Source: Penicillus capitatus (lineage: Eukaryota > Plantae > Chlorophyta). Taken from it: 64,000 nucleotides of DNA. Positions 27,801 through 36,960 of the stretch are shown in pieces. The notes under the pieces are model-generated. The model did no database searches. It saw only the letters and a list, made by a program, of their open reading frames with translations, and was not told where the DNA came from. Position numbers and translations under genes: made by a program. The stretch covers positions 62,001-126,000 of the forward strand of contig OZ287710.1 in the NCBI GenBank assembly GCA_965649825.1. The letters are read 5' to 3'. Each line of letters begins with the position of its first letter. The first letter of the stretch is position 1.

Positions 27801-30800
27801 CCAGAACTGTTCAAACAACACTGTCTCCTGCTTTCCTCGCGGCCGTTGGGGAACTCTCTTAGGCACAACGGGATCGATATCTTCTGCCAAGATGTCGTGA
27901 TGAATGAGATTTGCCATTTTGTGATGCGAGATGCTGTCCAACTGCGTCGCGAAGGTCATCAAGGCACCATCCATCAAGGCTCTTTGCAGTCCATAGGTAC
28001 CGGCCATCTTCTGAATGTACTCCAGAAAACGACACAGTGTGCGAAGGCTGTAACAAGGGGACTGTCCTGTACCATCTGTCAATCCACCCCTGCTCTCTTC
28101 TTTCACTTTTATATAGAAATCGACAATTCTCGAAGCTGTCATAGGCGGTCCGAGTTGTGAAAGATATCCAGAAACGATCATTTCCAGATCCTCCCTGCTC
28201 TCCGGTTCTGCAAACCAGAATTCTGTGAACCTGTTTCTGAGAGGTGCAGCGAGATCCCGTTTGCCAAAATCCGTTGCCGGATTCATGGCCCCTATCAATC
28301 TAAACTGAGGATGCTTTGGCACAAGGACGGATCCTTGATCGGCAAGTGTCAGAGACACATTCGGTCCTGGTTCCAAAACAGCAGCCAAGCAATGCAGCGT
28401 TTCTGGAGGAGCTAGATTGATTTCATCCAGAAACAGCCAGTATCCTTGTTTCAATGCCTTCAGCAGCATTCCCTCAACATACTGAAAGGCAAATGATGCC
28501 GATGCTGCACGACGAAAACGACACGCCTTGGTGTAGTCTTCTTCAAACCGTAGCCATTCTTCTCTACGGAGAACACCACTCATTCACGTCATGTCGAGTC
28601 TCATGCAGCAGAGATGATGTACCCGAGTTCAGATGTCACATCCTGTTTCTGGCGTTTTGCTCGATGAGAAGACGTGACCGTCTCCACCTCTGCATCTGAT
28701 CGTGTCGATCTGGCTTTGTCGATGGCGACCTTGAAAGCGCGCTCCAAGTTTTTCCAGTGACTCCTTTCGGCATACTTAAGAACACGCGCCACAAATGCCT
28801 CATTGTTGCCCTTGGTCCATGTTCTCTTCATAAGATCCAGTAAACGATGAACGAGGGGCAGGAGAACATCTTTTGGCGAAATCGGCTTGAACCCGCCCAG
28901 TAGATCCGAGCTATCTGTCTGCTGGCTGAGATTCAGAACAATCAGTTTTGCTCCTACATGTGAGGCAATGTGTTGAACCATGGCTGTTTTACCCGTTCCT
29001 GTCTCGCCGATCAACAAAGCAGACTCCTTCATTTGCAGACATGTTGACAGTTGCTCTAACAGCCGAGCAGAGTGGCCGGTGTGCACAAACAGTGCCTGTC
29101 TCTGCATCGGATGAGTGCGCTTCACAACAGACAGACTGGATCGACCGATCCGCACTTCATTCTCTTTCACCTATATCCACCACAGACGCATTCAGATCAG
29201 GTGCACAGAATTCAAGTGTCAGAGCTCTGTAACGTTCAGATTCGATAACGGAATCTGAATTGACTGGAGATCTGTTTTTATTTACTTGGACGGAAAACAT
29301 GATCATGCCTCAAGATGCATGACTGTAGACTTGACCAAGCATCAAAGATTATTGTCGATCACGCGCGGGTCGTCCTCACCGTGATCGATGGTTTGTTCAG
29401 GAGGAGATGATGCATTGCATCTTGTTCGGTAAGGCACCAGAGAGAGGCAAATCCACGCATGAGAAGCAGCTTAGATTCGAGAGATGGCAAAAAGGCTGCA
29501 TAGCAATCGTGGCATTCGGCCAGTGCTGCGTGACGGAGTGCAAACGGCAGGCGTTCCATGTCAACACGCTCCAGTCTATCGACACGATGCAAGATATCTC
29601 CATGCAGAGTCTGCAAAGACACCATATCGCATTTAAACGTCATGTTGTGTGCGAGGACGATGGTGTCACTTGCAATCGATGGCACCATTTGTGGATGTCT
29701 CTTAAGGAGAAATGGCGTCCAATGTGCAGCCGGTGAACATCTGACCCACAACACTCCATACAGCGCGTCACCAATTGGCGAAGATCTGGGCAATCGTGGA
29801 AGGAGTCCAGATGGCATTGGTTGGTGATGCACTGAATGAAGAGGAGCGCAGCATATGCAAATGGCAAAAGAGGCAGCAGTTGAGGAAACAGTGTTTGAAG
29901 AACGAGGACGTGCTCCTCCAGAGATGGAGATGGTATTCTGATGATGGAAAGCAGACCACTCAGCACATCCTACCACACAGGCATGACCGTTCGATAACTG
30001 TTTTCAGGAATTGGATGGACTTTAATAGCATCCGCTGACCCATAGGTACCCACACCACTCCTCTCTGGAGCGCAGGTCACGGTGGCGATGAGATGGAACC
30101 CATCTCGGATGTTTAGTGTTTCTGCCCTTTGAGGAATGGCCAATCTTCCATTCTCGAGCAAAGGAATGAGGGATGCCAGCACTTCAGGTGGAGCCACATT
30201 AATATCTTCAACAATTAGCCATTTTCCGTGGCTTACTGCCTGTCTGGCACATTGAAATGGGATCGGCAAGATGGTGAAGTAAACCTCTGCCAGTGGTCCC
30301 GGTTGCCATCGGAATTCGCCAGGAGTGGATGTGCAGACATAGGCACCGACAAGGCTCTTGGCATCCATCTGATCATCGATCTGTATCCAAATGGCATCGT
30401 CGTTTCTTGTCTGGCGCAGCATCTCCCTTATACACCGTGTCTTTCCACATCCTGCACAAGGAGTCAGTGATTGGTAGGAGTCTCGGCATCAATGCTGTCG
30501 CATTAGATACAAAACACGGACCAAGTGAAATCATCATCCCCTTGATTACGTTACAGAATCTCAGTTAAGGAATCAGTGAGTGCCTCACATTGGCTATGAA
30601 TTGCCATCGAGAAGAACGGAATCATCAGAGATTCATACAAAAGACTCAGTTGCGACTAATACCCATATCAGCACGTGCCGGAGCACATCAGTTAGGGATA
30701 ACTGGAATAGCTTTCATCATTGCCTTTCGCATCTTATTGCCAAACACGATCGAATGCTGTTGTCACATTACCTGGGGGACCTTCCAAGAGACATGCTCGA

Positions 30801-32067
30801 CGTTGATTCAATGCCACTGCCATAGAGAAGAGAGCACGCTGAGATGTGGGTGTCACGACAAATGCCATGGAAGGAACTTGGTCCGGAATGGCATGTCTTT
30901 GTCTGGCTCTCCTAAGAAACGAACACCGTTCCATGTATTGTCTTTCTCACAGAAAGAGCTCTGTGTCTCAGACGAGGATCTGATTTTTAGTCATCGGCAA
31001 GTGAAGCCTCTTCTAGGCTAGACTTTCATTCAGTTCATCATGGACATAGATAGATAGATGGCCCGACGGCAGATCATGGAAGTACCTCGATGCAGCAACA
31101 GTGACACCGGCAATGGATACGTAATCTGGTGGCAATGCAACACTCTCTTCTGCGTCATCTGTCATGAGTTGCCCCTCAGACAGTAATGAACTCTCTCTGT
31201 CACACTTAGCTGCCATCTCGCTCGATTCTGAGTCTTCGTTGTCGAGTCTCGCATGTCTGTTAGAAAAAACAGGTTCTAGCGATTTTCAGAATCACAGATC
31301 GGGAATCGCACTTGAACGAACAGGATAGGATGGTAGATGTCGGCACTTTGAATTTTTGATACAGCAGCATTTTGGTTTCTTCACTCAAAGCAAGGATTTT
31401 TGCGATTGCTTCAATGCCACACCATCGTATGTTCTCATTCTAAATCCCATCGTCAAACGATAACTCTCGATCTTCTATACGCACCTCATGCATCAGCGTG
31501 GCCTTCCAATCAGCAACATTGCTTAGATAAGGCACTTCCAATGGGATCGCATCCAGGAGGTATAGATATGCATCTTCTTCCGACAAATGACACATAGATT
31601 TCACATCCCCATAGTCAAGAGAGACACATTGAGGTGTTTTTTGGATCAGTTCCTTCACACTTCTACAAGATCATGATGATCTGAACGGACAGCGTTTTGA
31701 AAAGGTTATGAACCTTTTGAGGGTAGGAAATCGGCGATACACTCGACACAAGGCGACGGTCACCAAAAGAGAAGGGACACTCTTGGACAGCGCCTTCAGT
31801 CCTCGGGGCAGCAGCGCGATCAGGTGCGGGGCAAAGCACTGCAACGTGACACGTGTCGTGGATGGCACCACGAGCCCCTTAGCGAAGATCTGAACAACAA
31901 CCGGCGCGTCTATATCTTCGTCGTCCTATAGGCACTCCGCCTCCATCCACGAACGCTCTCTACCGTCATATGGAATGGACCAGGAGATCGTGCCTCTCCA
32001 CGACGTCGCGATAGGCTGCCGTTGCTCGAAATCGCTCGAGACATTGGTGCAGAGTAGGACACGCCAT
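12852..32067 (-). CDS. MDN1: Midasin (Rea1), AAA-ATPase for pre-60S maturation, roughly 25-30 exons
   Basis: Six AAA modules (LLEGPP|GCGKT, GETGTGKT, QGPTSSGKT, GDTGTGKT, EGSPGVGKT, GPSSSGKT), LDELNLA repeats, PWEFNLRDFLR|W, a long linker, a D/E-rich region and a C-terminal MIDAS domain (AIDDSKSM). Exons were traced across all ORF-track breaks. Start MACPTLHQCLERF is inferred. Confidence 0.98.
22723..22795 (-). ncRNA. Box C/D snoRNA candidate, target unknown (MDN1 intron 22704-23043)
   Basis: Minus strand: C box ATGATGA (22783-22789), internal D' ATGA and C' ATGATT, D box CTGA (22727-22730). No terminal stem and no recognised rRNA complement. Confidence 0.6.
22802..22879 (-). ncRNA. Box C/D snoRNA, predicted guide for LSU rRNA Am807 (yeast numbering; snR39/snR59, U51 type)
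   Basis: 7-bp terminal stem TGTCTGA/TCAGACA, C-like ATGATGC, 12-nt guide CACCATCTTTCG complementary to conserved LSU CGAAAGAUGGUG, D' ATGA and D CTGA (22809-22812). The D'+5 rule lands on the A equivalent to yeast A807. Confidence 0.88.
22895..22975 (-). ncRNA. Box C/D snoRNA, predicted guide for SSU rRNA Am541 (yeast numbering; snR41/U62 type)
   Basis: C box ATGATGA (22964-22970) and D CTGA (22899-22902), preceded by CAATTGTTCCT, complementary to 18S AGGAACAAUUG. D+5 lands on the A541 equivalent. Confidence 0.8.
24368..24458 (-). ncRNA. Box C/D snoRNA, predicted guide for LSU Gm805 (snR39B/SNORD2 type) and possibly an 18S Cm (human Cm174 equivalent); MDN1 intron 24310-24483
   Basis: Flanking stem GCATTTC/GAAATGC, C box ATGATGA (24441-24447), 13-nt guide ACCATCTTTCGGG before D' ATGA (D'+5 = G805 equivalent). 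A 10-nt TGCACGTATT before D CTGA (24378-24381) is complementary to plant-type 18S AAUACGUGCA. Confidence 0.9.
29214..29341 (-). ncRNA. Box H/ACA snoRNA, 3' hairpin predicted to guide pseudouridine in LSU helix 69 (yeast 2258; snR191/U19 type); MDN1 intron 29171-29379
   Basis: Hairpin 1 (CTTGG/CCAAG, TCATGC/GCATGA), H box AAATAA (29278-29283), hairpin 2 (CAGA/TCTG base, TTCAGATTC/GAATCTGAA top), then ACA plus 3 nt. Pocket AGTCA + GTTAC pairs with GUAAC-UA-UGACU, 14 nt from ACA. Confidence 0.85.
30457..30544 (-). ncRNA. Box C/D snoRNA, U18/snR18 type, predicted LSU Am649 guide (MDN1 intron 30452-30771)
   Basis: Stem CAAGG/CCTTG, C box ATGATGA (30531-30537), 14-nt guide CTTGGTCCGTGTTT complementary to LSU AAACACGGACCAAG and D CTGA (30464-30467). 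The D' box is degenerate (TGTA). Confidence 0.88.
30556..30634 (-). ncRNA. Box C/D snoRNA candidate, target unknown (MDN1 intron 30452-30771)
   Basis: Terminal stem GAATC/GATTC closing C-like CTGATGA (30622-30628) and D CTGA (30561-30564). Lies between two recognisable snoRNAs. Confidence 0.65.
30640..30727 (-). ncRNA. Box C/D snoRNA, snR38/SNORD1 type, predicted LSU Gm2815 guide (MDN1 intron 30452-30771)
   Basis: Stem AAAGGC/GTCTTT, C box ATGATGA (30714-30720), 12-nt guide CCAGTTATCCCT complementary to LSU AGGGAUAACUGG, D' CTGA (D'+5 = G2815 equivalent) and D CTGA (30646-30649). Confidence 0.9.
30964..31046 (-). ncRNA. Box C/D snoRNA candidate, target uncertain (MDN1 intron 30912-31085)
   Basis: Stem TGTC/GACA, C box ATGATGA (31035-31041), D' ATGA and D CTGA (30968-30971). 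Splicing out the whole 174 bp joins TVAASR|RARQRH in frame. Confidence 0.72.
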
Positions 32068-32165
32068 GTGAGTGGAGCCGCCAACGATGCGCTCAAATGC
32101 AGAGAGATGAGAAGGGAGAGCGATGTGACGTGTGAGGTGACGACTTTGAGGAGGAGAAAGGGAGA

Positions 32166-32950
32166 ATGGACTGTCTTGGCCAGTCAAGATGCGGCATCTC
32201 ATGTCGACAGTTCTTTCGAAGAATTCTGTCTTCTGACGTCTCGCGCCGACCTCCTGTCCTCTGCATTGGACTCAAAGAAAGACCGATGATGCCCATTCGA
32301 TCGCGTTGATCCTGAGCATTAGGGTTCTGGAAAGACAGAACTCATGCAGAGCATGCAAAGATCCAAGGAGGATCCATATCCACATGAACAGAGACCTCCT
32401 CTGCCAACCATCGGCGTGGAGTATCACGTGCTAAGAGATCCAAAGAATACCAGAAGATCTGTCACTGTCAAGTTTGTTCGATATATTTCTGACAGCTTCC
32501 TTAGCTGAACAGCGCGAGCTATTGTTAGAGAGGTGGGCGGGCTGATGAGGAGCACATGGCCAAAGTACTATCATCAGGAACACTCAGCCATTCTCTTCGT
32601 CATCGATGCAGCCGATGCTGTCAATGCCACCATTGCCATGACAGAACTGCAAAAAATCGTCCATCATCCAGATCTCAAGGTCACCCATCCACCTCTCTCA
32701 CTCTCTATCTACACATAGAGTGCAGCACGTGCCAGTGGCCGTCGCTCTGAACAAGGCAGATCTGCCGTTCACTTTGCAACACGCAGAGATGGATGCCTTG
32801 GCTTTAGCAACTCTAGGAAAGAGGTTCATGTTCAACAGAGATCGTCACATCACGTCTTTCATCACATCTGCTTATGAGCAGGGGCATTATTCTTCGCTGC
32901 TTCATTGGCTCATTAAGACGACATCTACTCAAAACGCGAGAGCTCTGTGA
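32166..32950 (+). CDS. ARL16: ARF-like small GTPase ARL16, 4 exons, first intron apparently GA-AG
   Basis: PVLCIGLK|GSGKT (P-loop), PTIGVE, K|EVGGLMRSTWPKYY (ARL16-type switch II, EVGG in place of DxxG), ILFVIDAAD and VALNKADLP. Confidence 0.88.
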
Positions 32951-32997
32951 TTTGAATATGAGAACTGTGACAAAGAAGATGAGACAGATGATTTTGT

Positions 32998-34074
32998 TTA
33001 TCCTTTGAATGACCCGACATCAAGTTTGGATTGGGACTCGTTTTCTGATCCGGCTTCGGAATCAGACCACTCGACATCTGCTCCCCTTAAACCTTTTGCC
33101 TCTCCAGAATTCTCTTTGAACCCTTCCACTCCAGCCAATGTTGCCACAAAGAGGACCCAGACCAAAAAACTTTGGCAGAGTCGACCACCAACGGCGACGA
33201 TTCTCTTCCGCATCCTTCTGACGATCCCATGATGTCCGCCTCCGTACTTAGCACACATGCTACTAAATGGTCGTTCATCTTTTCGCATCAGATGGTGTGG
33301 CGCCACTCCATCTGAAGGAAAGAGACAATCTGGTTCGTATGACGGATCTCCACTGCGAATCTGCCAAGATTGCATATCTGTTGGTACAGTATGTTGTTGC
33401 CCAAAGACAGTATTCGGTCCCCACGGATTCTGAGACAGACGATAAAGATCCTCTCGTCGACTGACACCTCTTCTCTGTAACCCTTGCGATGTACAGATGC
33501 TACTGGCGGCGTTCCGCACAGACCGACTGCTTTCTGCAAGAACCGTTCCTTGAGGGAGACATCCATTCATCGTGTTCAGGACACCAGACTCGACGATAGA
33601 AGACGACTGAGGGAGAAATCTCGATGTCGATGGCGGTCTCCGCGATGGACATCCGTAGACATAAGGATGCATCGATGAGACGGACCCATCGTCTCTTCGC
33701 CAACTTGGATTCTCACTCCACGGCACGTCAGTCGCTGCTCCTCCGTTCCGATGTGTGAATGGCAGATCCAGTGCGATATCCTGTGTCGCGGCTGAATGTG
33801 TTAAGTATGTTTCTGTTGCTGTCCTGTCTTGCAGGGCAGATAAGGGAATGTAGTCTGGCAGGGTAAGTGGTGACGATAGACTCTGAGGTACCGTCTGACA
33901 CATTCCTGCCCCCAGAAACGGATCGTCCGTGAGCTCTGTCCCTGTCATTTCATTCTGTACTGCTAGAGATGGCCGAGCATCGTGGGGTTCCGTTGCTTCG
34001 GGGGCGTTGTTTGTGTGATGACTGTTTTCTGTCTGGGGGACGACCTCCTCTTCTCTTTCAACCGCTTCTGACAT
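32998..34074 (-). CDS. Hypothetical intronless protein (about 358 aa), low-complexity with a C-terminal basic plus hydrophobic segment
   Basis: Long open frame. The ATG at 34074 (MSEAVEREEE) was chosen because the ORF upstream of it is antisense to the ABCD coding region. No family recognised. Confidence 0.65.
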   Translation of the reverse strand: MSEAVEREEEVVPQTENSHHTNNAPEATEPHDARPSLAVQNEMTGTELTDDPFLGAGMCQTVPQSLSSPLTLPDYIPLSALQDRTATETYLTHSAATQDIALDLPFTHRNGGAATDVPWSENPSWRRDDGSVSSMHPYVYGCPSRRPPSTSRFLPQSSSIVESGVLNTMNGCLPQGTVLAESSRSVRNAASSICTSQGLQRRGVSRREDLYRLSQNPWGPNTVFGQQHTVPTDMQSWQIRSGDPSYEPDCLFPSDGVAPHHLMRKDERPFSSMCAKYGGGHHGIVRRMRKRIVAVGGRLCQSFLVWVLFVATLAGVEGFKENSGEAKGLRGADVEWSDSEAGSENESQSKLDVGSFKG

Positions 34075-34157
34075 CGAACCTGTGTACAGGTCGTACGTAC
34101 GTACCAACGACAATTGAGCAAAGGACCGGCAATAACTCACAACGTGTGGATTCTGTG

Positions 34158-36922
34158 ATGCGACTCGCATTCGCGCTTGAAACGCTGATGCCTGCGATGA
34201 CGCCTCTACGTGCGACGACACGGATCGTCGATTTCCCTCGTTTACGACGTCCATCTCGACGGCACTCCTCCCGACGCGAAGCTGTCGGCCATTCGAACGA
34301 CGCACAGAGCGTCTCGTTGCCGAGTCCTGTCCAACGAGAGGGTCCCAGCACGGATGCTGATGTGATCTGGAGCCGCCTGCAGAGACTGGCGTTGCCGTAC
34401 TGGACGGATGCTGAAGTGGGATCACGTGCTCGGTGGCGTCTGGCAGGCGTTGTTGCCCTGACGCTCGCTACGACGGGCATCAGGTAGTGTCCTGTTTACC
34501 CACTCCCGTTCGGCATCGTACAGGATGTCTGCAGTGTTGGTTTTAATTTTATGGGTCGCGATTTTTTCAACGCCCTCTCAGAGAAGAACGTCGAGCAATT
34601 CACAACGCAACTCGTTAAATACTTGGCCGTTTTTCTCGCCGGGATTCCTGTCTTCGTCTTCCGCACATACTTCCAGGTGGAGACATTGCCCAAAATCTTT
34701 GTTGACTGTGTCTAGTGTGTACTTTAATTTCACGGCGCGAGATTTTTACAATGCCCTGGATGCCAGAGATAACGTAGAGCTGCGGATTCAACTGTTCCGA
34801 TTCTTCATGGGGACGTTGATCGGAACACCAGTCTTTGTTTTCAGTCGTTATGGAAAGGTCTTTACACCATACACACTCTTATCTCACACTTCTGCATGGC
34901 ATGGGCTACTCTATGAACATTGTCCTGATGCAGAACACTCTGGCGAATGACTGGAGGGAATGGATGGCCGAAAAGTTTGTCTCGGATTACTTGGACAATC
35001 GAACGTTCTATCAAGTGCAGTCCACCGCCGCCTTTGACAATCCAGATCAGAGGATTTCAATTGACGTTCGGTAAATCTCTTACAGATGATGGCGGTGTGC
35101 GTGTTGAGATGGGGATGTTGCTGGATTAGGGTGTTTACAGAAACGGCATTGGGGTTTGTGTTGACGCTGTTAAATGCCTTCATCGATCTCGTGTCCTTCT
35201 CTGAAATCCTGTTCTCCATCTATCCGCCGCTGTTTGTAGCATTGGTTGTCTACTCCGTCGGTGGAACATGGTTGTCTGTCATTATTGGTCGAGTGCGTTT
35301 TGACAGATACGGGCCAACAGTGGTGATCGATGCCGACTGCTGTGTAGAAACTGGTAGGACTGAACTTTCGACAAGAAGCAAAGGAAGCAGATTTTCGTTT
35401 TGGCCTTGTCCGAATACGGGAGAACGCTGAGAGCATCGCCTTCTATAGCGGAGAGAAGAAGGAGCAGAATGTGCTGCTAGAGGTGGTTCCCTCAACTCCC
35501 TCCCTCTCACACATCCCTCTCGCGTTGGATTTAGAGATTGCAAAAAGCCATTCTAAATTACAAAGATTTGCTGGTGGCTTCGAGGAATTTGGACTTCTTC
35601 ACCACCTACTATCGATATTTAATTCAGCTGCTGCCAGCGGCTGTCGTGTCACCTATTTTCTTCAAGGGAGAGATTGGATTCGGTGTGGTCACACAGAGTG
35701 CTTCTGCTTTCAGTCACATCTTATCTGACGTCTCGCTTGTCGTCTATCAAGTCTGCCATTCTGACAACACTGTCCTACGTGACTCTCGTACCCAATGCAC
35801 AGTTTGAAGCACTAGCAGGGTTCAGTGCCGTCGTCGATCGCCTGGGAGAGTTTGCAGAGACGGTGGATGCCTTGAAGGAAAAATCTGCGTCTCCTGTGGG
35901 AGAGAAAATCGAGTTGAAATCGCAAAACCCACCAGAGAAGCCGGAACAACCATTACTCAAAGTGGAAAACTTGACACTCTTAACGCCGGATACACGTTCC
36001 GTGCTCATCGAAGATCTCAGCTTCGAAGTGAGATAGATTTCTCTCGTGTCTTCAAGTCTGGTCGGGTCTCCTTCGTTAGGTCTCGCAAAAACGGTCGTTG
36101 CTGATCATGGGACCCAGTGGTGCAGGAAAGACATCCCTGCTGCGTGCCATTGCTGGATTGTGGTCCTCCGGTAGCGGATCCATCACACGATACGGCAGTC
36201 CAATTGATGCAAAGAACCAGAGGGGCAACATCATGTTTGTTCCGCAGAAACCCTATCTCGTTTTGGGAACTCTTAGAGATCAACTGCTGTATCCCACATG
36301 GGCCAATGGAGTCGCCCCCACCCATATCAACCGTCAGTCTGGCCTTCTGCACTTCTAGCATTCCTGACGGGAGTCATGGGGTATAGATGACGGCAAGGAA
36401 AGACCCGTCCCAAACGACATGGAGTTAGAGAAGGCAATGCTAAATGTGAATCTTGGCGATGTCTTGCAGAGATGTAGAGAAGGTATAGGCATTGATGAGA
36501 AATGCATGGATCTATACAAGTCGAGATGTTGTAGCATCTGCGGGATCCAATGCACTGGATACAGTGACAGATTGGTCGAGCCAGCTGTCTGTTGGGGAGC
36601 AACAGAGACTAGCATTTGCTCGGATTTTGCTCTCTTCTCCTCAACTGCTGCTCATGGATGAATCGACCAGTGCATTAGACATCACGAACGAGCAAGCTCT
36701 GTACAAGGTTCATTCAGCATTGGTGTCTTCGCAATCTGTTCTCCTGAATGGGTCATCTGTCTTTAGTTATTGTCGGATGCTGGTATTTCTTATATCAGTG
36801 TTGGACATCGACCATCGCTCAAGGGCTTCCACAGTCATTCGTTGCATCTAATGCCTGCTGTAGAGGAAGGCCAAGGCGCAAAGTGGTCTATTGATGATCT
36901 CACTATGGCGTCATCTACTTAA
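34158..36922 (+). CDS. ABC transporter subfamily D, plastid ABCD2-like half transporter, with two alternative paralogous exons
   Basis: Transit-peptide-like N-terminus, [42 protein letters not shown] (EAA motif), Walker [30 protein letters not shown] and SVGHR. Confidence 0.95.
34535..34676 (+). other. ABCD alternative exon A (142 bp)
   Basis: CAG acceptor in phase 2, CAG|GT donor in phase 0. Encodes [47 protein letters not shown]. Confidence 0.9.
34716..34857 (+). other. ABCD alternative exon B (142 bp), paralogous to exon A
   Basis: TAG acceptor in phase 2, AAG|GT donor in phase 0. Encodes [47 protein letters not shown], 20/47 identical to exon A. Confidence 0.85.
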
Positions 36923-36960
36923 TCAAACATTTTTCAACTTTTAAACAATCTCTGTGTGCT

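Noticed and set aside
12852-32067. The many separate ORFs across this span as independent genes or a frameshifted pseudogene
   Set aside because: Every break checked is explained by a phase-compatible GT-AG or GC-AG intron within a single midasin gene.
34716-34857. Exon B as the start of a second, tandem ABCD gene or as an assembly duplication
   Set aside because: There is only one set of upstream and downstream exons, and the two copies are only 43% identical in protein, so this is not a collapsed or duplicated read artefact.
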